Shown in pieces: positions 17,422 through 27,902 of a stretch of DNA of 64,000 nt. This DNA is from a virus: IMG/VR virus record IMGVR_UViG_3300035698_004199, positions 1 through 64,000 of that record; one strand, 5' to 3'. The notes under the pieces are model-generated. The model had not been told where the DNA came from. It made no database searches and saw only the letters and a list, made by a program, of their open reading frames with translations. Positions within the stretch are counted from its first letter, which is position 1; the number at the start of each line of letters is the position of its first letter. A program made the translations under genes and the position numbers.

Positions 17422-20400
17422 ATGGCCTTTTCTGGAAGAAACTATGCTCCTCCTGGTATTTATACCCAGACAAATTTTGAAAACCCTTTGGGCTCTGCTT
17501 TAGAAAGCCTCAAAATCCCTGTGATTATCGGGGAAGGAAATGAGGACCTTTTCCAACAGGATTTGGAAGTGGTTAGAGGTTCCTCTGCTTCAGTAGATCA
17601 GCAAGTCGTTCAGGAGGATCAGACCGGAAGGGCTGTTTTCTCTATAAGTGCTGCTGGGGTTGTAACTAGGACAGCGTTTGATGGTGTCTTGGACAAATTC
17701 CAAGTAGTGAACCGCCCTATAGTTACAGGTGATGGCACCGGAACAACCACACTTAGCAGAAATGATATTGTGGTGACTGTAAATGATGAGCCTGTTGTGG
17801 TTCGTGCTATTACAGGCAGTACCGGTATAATTCAGCTGGCACAGGCACCTGTAGCGGGTGACCTTGTTCGTTGTACCTATTTCTTTAACAGAACAGACAC
17901 TCTTGTGCTTGATGATGTTTCAGAACAGGTGCCGAACAGAATGGCAACAGTTCGGGCCGTACAGGGCTTGGCTGATGTGGATAGCCATCTTGCAGGGACA
18001 AGCACCTTGGACCTTCATGGTGATATCCTAAACCCAACTACAGGGGCAGTGGTTACTCCTGCTAACAACGTCTTGAATCTGGTTGTAGACGGTACTGCTA
18101 GGTCTATCACACTGTCGGCTAAAACCGATTATACAATGGCTCAGGTAGCTGCTGCGATAATTGCTGCTCAGGCAGGAACTTTGCTGGCCAGTACCTTTAA
18201 TAACAACTATGGCATGTCTGCTTTGATGCTGACAGCAACTAACAGTCTTATTGTTAAGGCTGGTAGTGCAAATGGTGACATAGGTCTTGCAGATAATTCT
18301 GCTGACAATCGTACCAGTACCTTTTATGTGTTTAATGGACCAATTGTGGACGGAACCGGTGGCGGCGTTATTACTACCGATCCTTCCCATGTAACCGTAA
18401 GGGTTGCAGGTCGCCAGGTAATACCTACTGCTGTTGATGGTAGTACAAGAGCTGTTACTTTGGCTCAAGCCCCCGCTGCGGGTGTTACTGTTACTATTCA
18501 GTACTACTGGAATACTTGGCAAGACACTTTTGATTACCTTGCTCACATAGGGGTAACAAGTGTAAGTCGCTGTGGGACAGTTCCTGGAAGTACAGACTAC
18601 ACTGAGGATGCTGATTTTATTCTACAGAATGACAGAATCATGTGGGGTACAGCGGCAACTACAGAAGCAGGACTGAATACTGTAGGTGCGACAACCTTTG
18701 ATACTGCCCAGATCTCAATGACCTTGGTAGACAACAGGGTGTTTATGTCTCCTTGCACGTCACTTTCAGGTTTGACATTCCAACTTCCGCTAAACCCAAC
18801 TTTGGGCAATGGGCGTGACACACCTCTGGGCTCTAGCCTTTTCCAGACTCTCAGCAATGGAAGGATTGACCTTCCTGTTAACCGCCCTGATGTGATTTGG
18901 GCTTACTGGGGATATAGTGTTCAGGATGCTCTTAACAGAGGCAAGGTTGAAGTTATTAAAGTTGAGGGTATTGTCATCACCCTGAGCGAAACGGTCCCTA
19001 CAGGGGCCACAGTTTATGCTACTGCATATTACAATCAATTGACAGACAGTACTTATACACTGGCTTGCATAACAGAAGGCCCTATGGGCACCGGACAGTA
19101 TGGCATAACAGATGCCAATGCTGATGATGTCTATGCTCCTTATATGGTAGCAGGCAGCAAGGGTGCTGGACTGACAGGTATTACAGTTGAGTTCCCCAGT
19201 GGATCTGAGCTGCTTCCTGACTTCAGGTTTGAAGCTGGTTCGGGCAGTCTGTTTGTAGGCCCCAAAGAAGAGATTGTAACTGTTCAATTGGAAGAACGGG
19301 ATGCAACTTTGGCTAAGTATGTTCTTCCGGGAACTGCACCCTATGTGTTTATCCCCAGTGAGTCAGATCACCTGAGGCTTACATTACGTGCTGCTGACGT
19401 GTTTACAGCCACAGGCTTGGACCTTGGGTCTCCTTCAGCAGTGGCAGCTCACTCGGAGGGCTTTTTCTCTACTCTAGTAGGGTCTGAAATTTCTTATACA
19501 GGTACTCTGGCTGGAACTGTAGGTCAGACATTCACTACTACAGCAACAGAAAACCTTACTCTTAAAATAGATGGTGTGACTGTTCCAGTAGTGATACCGC
19601 CTACTACAGGGTTTGACGCATCTGATATGGTGGAACGTATCAACGATAGTGCGAGTGGTCATCATGGTGTGCCTGTTGGGTTGGGTGGTGCAAGCACTAT
19701 TCTGTTGGCATCTATAGCGTCAACTGCAGATGATTATTATGTGGGTTGGAAAGTTGTAATAGGAAATGGAGGGGCTGTAGGTGTGGCAACCCAGGAGACC
19801 CGTACTATAACAGCTTATGCTGGTGGTGTTACTCAGATAGCAACGGTTGACGTTCCTTGGACGGGAACACCACCTACAACCGCTGACACTTACTACATTT
19901 ACAATCCTGAAACTGTAGCTGTTATGACAGGGGCCACTAAGTTTAATAGTTCTGTAGAGATTGACGCAAACGATTTCAATCTTTTGAACTTTATCTATAC
20001 AGGAGATACCAACACTACTACTGGACCACTGGTTGCTACAATCTCATCTGCTACTTATGGGTCAGCCGCTCTATTAGCAGCACAAGTTGAAACCCAACTT
20101 GTAACCGCTGTCTCTACTATTTTGGGAGCAAGCCCCGAATTTACAGGCCTGACGATTTTCTGTGCTGCAAACTCAGAAGGTCAACTTGAATTTTCCATGC
20201 AGTTGCCTGGTGATGATAGTGCTGGTATGCTTGAATTTGTGGAAGATGCAACTCCTGCCAAGGACTTTGCTATTCTGGCAGGTTTGAGTACCGGTGCAGC
20301 AACTAATAGCAGTCAGACCGCTCTAATACAGGGGCCTGTGGCTTGGGCTTATGAATGCCCCGATTCTACCCATCTCAAGATTTATGACCGTTTGATTATC

Positions 20401-22638
20401 CGTGGCAGACTTCTACCCGGTGCTAGTACAGCTTCTATGGCTGCTGATGACACAGTATCTAATTGTGGTATTACAGTCACAGTGGGTAATGCTGCTTTGA
20501 CAGGCTTGGAAACTGGAGACTACGGTGTGGCAGGTTCCGGTGCAGTAGTACACGCAGCTACTATGGCAGGTGCTGTTGGTTTTGCGGGTGGGCAAGATCC
20601 CACCACTATGCAACCCCTAATAACTTTCTATGATGGCACAGGAACACAGGCTGCAAACAACGTGTTTGACTTTGAAATTGACGGGACTCCTGTATCTGTT
20701 ACTTTTACTGCAGGAGCAAAGCTGTTTGGACCGCAGACTGATGGAGCATCAGTTCTGGGCCTGATAGAGACAGCATTGACAGTTGCAGGCACTTCTATTA
20801 GGCAAGAGGGTGCTGGTTGGCGTCTGCTTTCAGGCAAAACAGATGCTCTTTCAAAGATTGTTATTGGATCTGGTTCTGCTAATAATGTCCTTGGGGTTTC
20901 TTCTGGTGCAACAGCACTTAGAAGTCTTGTATCAGTTCGGACACTTGCTTCAGCACTTATGGCAAACAAGGACACTTCTTTTGCAGATTGGGTTTTTGAT
21001 TTTACAAATATACCCGCAGGTGACACCTTTGTAAAATGGGGTCTGGCTTCTGTGATACAGGATGCTGCAGGTGCTGACTATGTAATGATTCAGGACGCTC
21101 CTATTTTAATAGCATCCTTGGGGCCTGCTTCTATAGTAACCCTAACAGCCCCAACCGCACAAAGCGTGTTGCTCTATAATACAGGCATAACAGGCCTAGC
21201 TGGTGACGGTGCTGTAGGCGATCCTGCTCTAAATGGATACTTTATAACTTCAAGCGATACCACTGGATCAGGTTCTTCCGGCACATCAATTCTGAATGCT
21301 GGTACAGGTCAGGACGGAATTGTAGGCCAAACTTACCACGACGATGTTACTGGTCTAACCTTTACTATTCTGCCTAGAGGCTGGAGTACAGATCAGCAAG
21401 GCCCCTGGGTTTCATACCCAACGGGTGCTACCGCAACTTTCAACATTCGCTGCTCTACAACCTTTACTACAGGGAATACCCCGCTCAACGCCATTCCAGG
21501 CCTTGAGCTGAAGGTTGCTAACACTTACGGTGTTGCTGTAGATGATACTGCTATAGTGACTACCTTTGAAAGATCCGGTGAAGAGCCTGGTATTGGTGAT
21601 CTCTACTATGTGTCTTATGTTTACAGCAAACAGGATTACGGTACACAGCTTTACACTAAGTTTGCTTCCATTGAGGCTGCTTATGGTACAGCCACTCCTG
21701 ATAGCCCTGTAACACTGGCCTCTTGGATGGCACAATCTAACGGTGCTGTTCTGGTTGGTATCAAACAGGTTGAACGGGAAGAAGGCTATGCACAGGCAAG
21801 CCTGACAACTTATCGAGATGCTGTAACTGAACTGGAAGGGATGCTTCCTGGTTTTGTATCTGCGGATATCTTGGTACCCCTTAGAGGAGACAGCATTGAT
21901 CTTTACAAGTTCATAAAAGCCTCTTGTGCTAAAATGTCTAGCTACAGGTACAAAGCAGAACGTACTGCAATTTTAGGTCTGCCTATGGGATCTCTTCCCC
22001 AGACTGTAATTACTACAGCCCGGACTTTGGCTGACACTCGTATGCGCTTGGTTTATCCTGACATGGGTGTTATTAACACTCAGGATAATGTGGGAGTAAC
22101 CAAGGAATACATCATTGATGGTACTTATATAGCTGCTGCCCTTACAGGTTCTATTGTGAGCCCTAATGTAGACGTTGCGACACCTTGGACAGGCCGTAGG
22201 CTGGTAGGCTTCACACAGCTTGCTAGGACTCTTGATTCAGTAGAGATGAATCAGATTGCACAGAACGGTGTTATCATCCTTGAAGATAAGCCTCCTTATC
22301 TCAGGGTACGTCACGGTTTGACTACAGACATGACAAATACGCTTACCAAGTTGCCTACTATCATTATGATTGCAGACGAAGTACAGCGTCAGTCCCGTAA
22401 CACTCTGGATTCCTTTATCGGCGTCAAGTTTATTCCGGGTATTGCAAGTCAGGTAGAAGGCCGTTTGTCAATGCTGCTTAAATCACTGGTAGCTGCTCAG
22501 ATTATCTCTGCTTATACCGGCGTTACAACCACTACTTCGCCCGACGATCCCACACAGCTTGATATCTCAGCTTACTGGGTTCCGATCTTCCCGCTGCTCT
22601 ACATACAAATCACCTTCGGTGTCCGTTCCGCTATCTAA
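17422..22638 (+). CDS. Tail sheath protein (very large, many inserted domains)
   Basis: N-term YAPPGIYT; C-term sheath core (RTAILG, RVRHGLTTD, FIG, PIFPLLYIQITF); precedes tube. Confidence 0.85.
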   Translation: MAFSGRNYAPPGIYTQTNFENPLGSALESLKIPVIIGEGNEDLFQQDLEVVRGSSASVDQQVVQEDQTGRAVFSISAAGVVTRTAFDGVLDKFQVVNRPIVTGDGTGTTTLSRNDIVVTVNDEPVVVRAITGSTGIIQLAQAPVAGDLVRCTYFFNRTDTLVLDDVSEQVPNRMATVRAVQGLADVDSHLAGTSTLDLHGDILNPTTGAVVTPANNVLNLVVDGTARSITLSAKTDYTMAQVAAAIIAAQAGTLLASTFNNNYGMSALMLTATNSLIVKAGSANGDIGLADNSADNRTSTFYVFNGPIVDGTGGGVITTDPSHVTVRVAGRQVIPTAVDGSTRAVTLAQAPAAGVTVTIQYYWNTWQDTFDYLAHIGVTSVSRCGTVPGSTDYTEDADFILQNDRIMWGTAATTEAGLNTVGATTFDTAQISMTLVDNRVFMSPCTSLSGLTFQLPLNPTLGNGRDTPLGSSLFQTLSNGRIDLPVNRPDVIWAYWGYSVQDALNRGKVEVIKVEGIVITLSETVPTGATVYATAYYNQLTDSTYTLACITEGPMGTGQYGITDANADDVYAPYMVAGSKGAGLTGITVEFPSGSELLPDFRFEAGSGSLFVGPKEEIVTVQLEERDATLAKYVLPGTAPYVFIPSESDHLRLTLRAADVFTATGLDLGSPSAVAAHSEGFFSTLVGSEISYTGTLAGTVGQTFTTTATENLTLKIDGVTVPVVIPPTTGFDASDMVERINDSASGHHGVPVGLGGASTILLASIASTADDYYVGWKVVIGNGGAVGVATQETRTITAYAGGVTQIATVDVPWTGTPPTTADTYYIYNPETVAVMTGATKFNSSVEIDANDFNLLNFIYTGDTNTTTGPLVATISSATYGSAALLAAQVETQLVTAVSTILGASPEFTGLTIFCAANSEGQLEFSMQLPGDDSAGMLEFVEDATPAKDFAILAGLSTGAATNSSQTALIQGPVAWAYECPDSTHLKIYDRLIIRGRLLPGASTASMAADDTVSNCGITVTVGNAALTGLETGDYGVAGSGAVVHAATMAGAVGFAGGQDPTTMQPLITFYDGTGTQAANNVFDFEIDGTPVSVTFTAGAKLFGPQTDGASVLGLIETALTVAGTSIRQEGAGWRLLSGKTDALSKIVIGSGSANNVLGVSSGATALRSLVSVRTLASALMANKDTSFADWVFDFTNIPAGDTFVKWGLASVIQDAAGADYVMIQDAPILIASLGPASIVTLTAPTAQSVLLYNTGITGLAGDGAVGDPALNGYFITSSDTTGSGSSGTSILNAGTGQDGIVGQTYHDDVTGLTFTILPRGWSTDQQGPWVSYPTGATATFNIRCSTTFTTGNTPLNAIPGLELKVANTYGVAVDDTAIVTTFERSGEEPGIGDLYYVSYVYSKQDYGTQLYTKFASIEAAYGTATPDSPVTLASWMAQSNGAVLVGIKQVEREEGYAQASLTTYRDAVTELEGMLPGFVSADILVPLRGDSIDLYKFIKASCAKMSSYRYKAERTAILGLPMGSLPQTVITTARTLADTRMRLVYPDMGVINTQDNVGVTKEYIIDGTYIAAALTGSIVSPNVDVATPWTGRRLVGFTQLARTLDSVEMNQIAQNGVIILEDKPPYLRVRHGLTTDMTNTLTKLPTIIMIADEVQRQSRNTLDSFIGVKFIPGIASQVEGRLSMLLKSLVAAQIISAYTGVTTTTSPDDPTQLDISAYWVPIFPLLYIQITFGVRSAI

Positions 22639-22656
22639 GCCTTTCACACATAACTT

Positions 22657-22686
22657 AAGAAATCCTCCTTTACAGGGGATTTCTTT
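22657..22686 (+). terminator. Intrinsic terminator after sheath
   Basis: AAGAAATCC...GGATTTCTT hairpin. Confidence 0.65.
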
Positions 22687-22707
22687 GTAAAAAGATTAAG
22701 ACACCTC

Positions 22708-22735
22708 TTGACAGTGGCGGTTTCATGGGTATATT
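22708..22735 (+). promoter_or_regulatory. sigma70-like promoter
   Basis: TTGACA-16 nt-TATATT, followed by AGGAGG RBS. Confidence 0.65.
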
Positions 22736-22760
22736 AGATTGAGGTTAGGAGGACCGAATT

Positions 22761-23147
22761 ATGCAATACACAATGCAAGAGTTATCAGAGGCCGCGGGAG
22801 TTCCAGGCCGCACAATCCGTTATTACATTTCTGAAGGTTTGCTTCAGGGGCCCACTATGCTAGGGTCAAAAGCCAACTATACGGAAGAGCACCGGCAGAA
22901 ATTAGAAAAGATCAAAAAGCAAAAAGAGCAAGGCCAATCTTTACAAGAGATTCAATTTGCTCAGCTACAAGACTTTGGAATAGTTTTACCTGAACCAGTT
23001 TGTGGTTGCGTTTGGGAAGAATACCTTGTGGCAAACAATATGTGGTTTAGATTGAAGGTGGGTTGTTTACCCCCGCATAAGAAACGTCAGGTTTTGAAAA
23101 TCTTGGCTAAATTCATTAAGTCTATCAAAGAGGAGATTGACAAATGA
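22761..23147 (+). CDS. MerR-family HTH regulator
   Basis: YTMQELSEAAGVPGRTIRYYISEGLL.GP......YTEEH..L..I..KEQG.SL.EI. Confidence 0.85.
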   Translation: MQYTMQELSEAAGVPGRTIRYYISEGLLQGPTMLGSKANYTEEHRQKLEKIKKQKEQGQSLQEIQFAQLQDFGIVLPEPVCGCVWEEYLVANNMWFRLKVGCLPPHKKRQVLKILAKFIKSIKEEIDK

Positions 23148-25531
23148 AAACAGAAAGAACAGGGTTGTTTAATTCTAATGGTGGGGCTGTCCGTTTGGCA
23201 ATGGAACGTGTGGAACTGACAGGTCAAGTAGGACCTACAGGTGGCGTCCTAACCTTGTTGCACAGCTTCAAGTGTGCGGAAAAATCACCAATGGAAGCTG
23301 TTTATGTGTTCCAACTGCCCAGAGGTGGAGTGATTAGGCGTTTCAAAGTAAAGGGGGAAGACTTTGAAGTTGAATCCGAACTGAAACCCAAAGTAGAAGC
23401 ACGTGAAACATATGAGGCGGGCATTGAAGCAGGACACCAGTCTACATTGCTAGAGACAGGACCAGATGGTTTGATCTCTTTAATGGTGGGGCAAGTGCAG
23501 CCGGATGAATCTATTGTTGTAGCAGTAGAGCTTGTTTGTGGTGTTGAACTGCGGGATTCAGAATACAGGTTCCGGTTCCCATTGACTCTAGCACCCAACT
23601 ACCATTCAAATTCGACCAGTTACAATAGTTCCCAGGGCTTGAAGATAGAAATGCCAGCAAAGATTTTTGGGGATCTGTTGCTTCCTACTTGGGTTGACAC
23701 TAATAGTGAAACACATGAGATCCGTTGTAATCTTCGGGTGGCTGCTTTGGGCCAAATGGGGAAAGTTTCTTCCATCTCTCACAATATAGGTGTAACACCA
23801 AACTCAGACGGATCCGCAGATATTAGTTTGATGGTTGGAAGTCAAAAGGATTGTGATAGAGACTTTGTTCTGGACGTACAGACAAAGACATTAGCACCCT
23901 GCTTATTTGCAGATGAATCCTTGCTGGCCTTTAAAGAGCAAGAGCCCGGTAAGCCCCGGTGGCTTGTAAGCATCCCTGCTGAAACAATTCCTGCTCAAGA
24001 AGCGGCTAGTAGGGATGTCGTGTTTTTACTGGATCAATCCTACTCTATGAAAGGTTCTAGACTTAACCAAGCCAAAGCAGCTTTGAAGGCTTGTCTTTCT
24101 GCTCTGAATCCAACAGATAGGTTTGGGCTGCTCAGCTTTAATAATGTGGTAAAACAGTTTCATGACACTATGGCTAAAGCAACAGATACAAACAGAAAAA
24201 GGGCTGACAAGTTTCTAGAGGGGCTTATTGCGGATTCCGGTACAGGATTGTTAGAAGCTCTAGGTCAGGCAGTAGCATTGGCAGGGCATGATGGCGATAT
24301 CTTTTTGCTTACAGATGGGGAGGTTTACGAAACGGGTTCTATTATTCAAAACACAGCCCAAGCGGGATGTAAGGTACATGTTCTTGGGGTTGGAGACGCC
24401 TCTCAGGATCGTTTTCTAGCACAACTAGCTGCTAAAACAGGCGGTCTTCAGAAGATGGCAAACAGTAATGAAAACGTAGCAGAATCCGCTTTGGAATTGT
24501 TTTCTGCTGTTAAAAGCCCAAAGCAACAGAATGTAGTGGCAAAGGTTTTCGGTTCAGGAAAGCCTTTGTCTATCAAGGTAGGGCATGTATGGAGTGGTAG
24601 ACCTATATTGCTTAGAGATGAAAGCAATCAGGCATCCTTTATCCCTACTAAGGTAGAACTATCCTGGGGTGCAAAAGAAAAGACACAGGTCCTTTTGACA
24701 GAACAGAAGATCATGCCTGATGATGTGTTGGCTTTAGCATGGGCAGGGAAGCAGGTTGAAGATATGGAAGCAGCTTTAGACAGTGCAGCACAAGGCCCTG
24801 CATATGTAGCTCTCAATCGGAAACTGAAAGACTTGTCTATAAAGTATGGCTTGGCTTCCCGTGTCATGTCGCTGTGTGCTGTGATGAAACGTGTGGGTGA
24901 CATTGCAGGGGAAACTTCAAAGCAAGTGATTTGCCCTGTAAAAATGCCTTGGGATCGCAGTAAGACAGAGCTTATTTGTTGTGCTTGCAATTCTAGTATG
25001 GATTTCGCCCCAACGGTTACTTATCATCGGATTTGCAGCGGGGGTGATGCCTTGACAAATAGAGGCCTTCTCCCTATAGCACAGAATAGTAGTCGTTTCT
25101 GTGATATAGGGGGCGGTGGTAGCTGGGGCGGTGGCTGGGGCGGTGATGTTTCAGCAGCGAGTCTTCCAATGCTTGTAGAAGACTGTGATAGTTGCACACT
25201 TGAAGAGGACTGTTATAGTTCTTTGATTGACTATGTGGGATGTCTGCAGGCAGATGGTAGTGTACCTAATACAAATAGAGAAACCTCTGTACTCAAAACT
25301 TTGTTGCTGGCAATTCTGATCAAACAATCAAACCAAGCATTTATTTTTGCATCTCATATGAAAAAAATGCTGGTCTTTCTGAAAGCCAATCAAGATTTTA
25401 CTTGGGTTCCGGGAGTTGTATCCTTTTTGGAAAGCGATAAAAACCCGCACAGCCTTATAGATTGGGATGTTGAATATAAGACGGCACAAGTCATGACACC
25501 CGCATTAGAAAGCTACCTGCAACAGCTTTAG
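23144..25531 (+). CDS. VIT + vWA domain protein
   Basis: VIT (EAVYVFQLP..KVEARETYE.G..G..LLE) then vWA with MIDAS DQSYS..T..LLTDG. Confidence 0.85.
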   Translation: MKTERTGLFNSNGGAVRLAMERVELTGQVGPTGGVLTLLHSFKCAEKSPMEAVYVFQLPRGGVIRRFKVKGEDFEVESELKPKVEARETYEAGIEAGHQSTLLETGPDGLISLMVGQVQPDESIVVAVELVCGVELRDSEYRFRFPLTLAPNYHSNSTSYNSSQGLKIEMPAKIFGDLLLPTWVDTNSETHEIRCNLRVAALGQMGKVSSISHNIGVTPNSDGSADISLMVGSQKDCDRDFVLDVQTKTLAPCLFADESLLAFKEQEPGKPRWLVSIPAETIPAQEAASRDVVFLLDQSYSMKGSRLNQAKAALKACLSALNPTDRFGLLSFNNVVKQFHDTMAKATDTNRKRADKFLEGLIADSGTGLLEALGQAVALAGHDGDIFLLTDGEVYETGSIIQNTAQAGCKVHVLGVGDASQDRFLAQLAAKTGGLQKMANSNENVAESALELFSAVKSPKQQNVVAKVFGSGKPLSIKVGHVWSGRPILLRDESNQASFIPTKVELSWGAKEKTQVLLTEQKIMPDDVLALAWAGKQVEDMEAALDSAAQGPAYVALNRKLKDLSIKYGLASRVMSLCAVMKRVGDIAGETSKQVICPVKMPWDRSKTELICCACNSSMDFAPTVTYHRICSGGDALTNRGLLPIAQNSSRFCDIGGGGSWGGGWGGDVSAASLPMLVEDCDSCTLEEDCYSSLIDYVGCLQADGSVPNTNRETSVLKTLLLAILIKQSNQAFIFASHMKKMLVFLKANQDFTWVPGVVSFLESDKNPHSLIDWDVEYKTAQVMTPALESYLQQL

Positions 25532-25547
25532 TCCGTTAATTCCTTTA

Positions 25548-25595
25548 TGCCCTCGCAATTTATGTAGTGGTTTTTTGAAATAAATTGCGAGGGCA
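25548..25595. repeat. Perfect 16-bp inverted repeat (terminator or cruciform)
   Basis: TGCCCTCGCAATTTAT-16 nt-ATAAATTGCGAGGGCA. Confidence 0.85.
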
Positions 25596-25693
25596 CACAC
25601 CCACCATGAAAAATCAGAAACCCGTAAAGTCGTTTGTGAGCCTATAAGATACGGAAAGTGTGTGGTCTATAAACGACCTTGATGGAGGACAGT

Positions 25694-26500
25694 ATGCCAA
25701 ACCAAGACCTTAATAGTTCAACAACGGGTGTAGGGGGTTCATCTTACATTTATAACATGGGCACATCACCTGAGACCCGTGTAGCTGTGTCAACGAAAGT
25801 ACGCATTCTCACACCTCATTATGGGAACAATGAAGCCATGTCCCAAATGGGTGTTGTTTCACAGTTTTCTCCTAGTATGAGTAAAAGTGTGGAGCCTGTT
25901 CGTGGGGTGGGTTTTGGTGATACCATTGCAGAGAATGTACCATCAGTAACCGACCCTGTAAATGGAAGCTTTGAAAGAGCACTGCTCTATCTATGCAACC
26001 TATGGCAGGCTACTGGCTATGCTTCTGGTATTGATGGCCCTGTGCGTAGTTTAGCACACCACAGATGGCCCTTTGATATTGAACAGCAAATTGTCTTTTC
26101 AACTTTGGCTGATGCTGATCTTGGAGCAGAGAGTACTGGGGCTTCCGGTATTGGTGTACAAGGCGGTATGAAAGCAGTTTCCTTCCCACCGGTAACAGGC
26201 GTTACCAATAGCTTGGGTCACACTGCAGTTATTACTATTTACGAAGCATGCTGGTTTACGGATTGGAATACTTCTTTCGCACGTGATTCAGGAATGATTC
26301 TTGAAAGCGGGCAGATTATTGGAACTTCTGTACATGACTTTTCTTCTGTTTATGGAGAGTTCATGGCTTCAGGTAATGATCCCACAATCGGCCAGCTTGG
26401 ATCTTTAAGGTTCCTGAGTGATTCTATCCAGAATCCTGTAGGACAGGCTGGTGGCGGTGTTGGCGGCGGTGGTCAGAAACAGTCTTATGTGACTGTGTAA
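25694..26500 (+). CDS. Tail tube protein
   Basis: GGAGG RBS; VEPVRGVG..ENVP, PFDIEQ, IYEACWFTDW motifs; after sheath. Confidence 0.75.
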   Translation: MPNQDLNSSTTGVGGSSYIYNMGTSPETRVAVSTKVRILTPHYGNNEAMSQMGVVSQFSPSMSKSVEPVRGVGFGDTIAENVPSVTDPVNGSFERALLYLCNLWQATGYASGIDGPVRSLAHHRWPFDIEQQIVFSTLADADLGAESTGASGIGVQGGMKAVSFPPVTGVTNSLGHTAVITIYEACWFTDWNTSFARDSGMILESGQIIGTSVHDFSSVYGEFMASGNDPTIGQLGSLRFLSDSIQNPVGQAGGGVGGGGQKQSYVTV

Positions 26501-26690
26501 ACGGTGGACGGCCCCAGAGGCTTGTTAAAATATAGATTTAGCTTAATGTAATTCAGAAATTTCTTGTTGCGCTTCGTGTCCCCCTTTTGGGTGGTAAGAT
26601 AAACATGTAAATGGGAAGATACGCACAGATCCTTTGTCCTACCTTTTAGTACTCTGCGGCTTCCCCATAATTATTATAGAGGAAGCAAAC

Positions 26691-27890
26691 ATGCAAATCA
26701 CACTTAGTTCATTACAACAGGCTTTGGCTCCGATGGAAGAACTTGGTCAGGGAGAAGTCACATTCCCTTGTAACAAGCTTAACATCACCCTTCGAATCAC
26801 TACTCCAGAACAGGAAGTGGAGATCAAAAGGTTTTCTGGGGGGGCTCTTTCAGGGGGTGAAGAAGAAGAGTCTGTTACTTCTACTTCAGATTATCTTGAG
26901 AGGTTTAAGCTGGCAACCCTATCCTATGCCATTGTTGCTATTGATGCTTTAGATCTTAGGCATGTTGAGTGGGTAGAGACAGATGAGAAACTTTCAAACG
27001 GTAACAATATAAAAATTGCTAAGGCTGCTGCCATACAAAGCATTATCACAAAATGGACGGGGACAGCCCGTTCAGCAGTATTCCGTAAGTACGGAGAACT
27101 TACAGCTAAGGTTGAACGAGAAGCTGAAAATGCTATTGAGTTTGAACCTTCTGATTTAGCAACTGAGATTGAACGTCTGGAAAATAGACTGGTGCTTCTA
27201 AAAGAAGAACAGAAAAAACTGACTCCTGCTTTGGGGACGGATGTTTCCCGGCTAACAGTAGCAATGGTATCAGAGGAAAAACAAAGTCAGCAGGCCCTCC
27301 ACAAACAAATGGATCAGTTAGTAGACATGCGTTTGGGAGGCCAAGAGGAAGTGCAAGAGGAAGCATTAGAGCAGGTACAGCCCCCAATAAGTAACTTCCC
27401 TAAGATGGTCCCTCCAGTAGCTCAAACAGCACCCCCAATAGTTCAGACTCCTGTGCAAGCGGTTACACAGCCTACACAAACCGCCCAGAAGCCACAACAG
27501 CCTGTGTATGAGTCCTTTGTAGACACTTCAGACAGAGACTCTATGGAAGCATCAATGGAAGCTGAGAACAAGCGGTTATGGAAGGCTCGTCAAGATGCGG
27601 GAATTGGTTTAGCACCGGCACCCCAACCTACTACACGTAGAGCACCTCATTTGGACGCCCTTGAAACTGCTCAGGGAGTAGCGTCTGATTTATCAGAAGA
27701 GGAGCTGGCCTTTACAGCGGCCCGTGCAGTGAGAAAAGAAACTGCAGATGGTGTGGAAGTCTATCAGATGCCTACTGAAAAAATTGGGGCAGACAACCCT
27801 CCAGTAATTAAAACAGGAACACCAAAAGTTAATCCTGTCAATCAAAGTAGTAATAACCCAAGATTTCGCAACCCCAACAATATGAAGTAG
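26691..27890 (+). CDS. Putative tail assembly chaperone
   Basis: Follows tube; LATLSYAIVAID core, acidic and Pro-rich tail. Confidence 0.55.
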   Translation: MQITLSSLQQALAPMEELGQGEVTFPCNKLNITLRITTPEQEVEIKRFSGGALSGGEEEESVTSTSDYLERFKLATLSYAIVAIDALDLRHVEWVETDEKLSNGNNIKIAKAAAIQSIITKWTGTARSAVFRKYGELTAKVEREAENAIEFEPSDLATEIERLENRLVLLKEEQKKLTPALGTDVSRLTVAMVSEEKQSQQALHKQMDQLVDMRLGGQEEVQEEALEQVQPPISNFPKMVPPVAQTAPPIVQTPVQAVTQPTQTAQKPQQPVYESFVDTSDRDSMEASMEAENKRLWKARQDAGIGLAPAPQPTTRRAPHLDALETAQGVASDLSEEELAFTAARAVRKETADGVEVYQMPTEKIGADNPPVIKTGTPKVNPVNQSSNNPRFRNPNNMK

Positions 27891-27902
27891 GGGGGCCACC
27901 CC

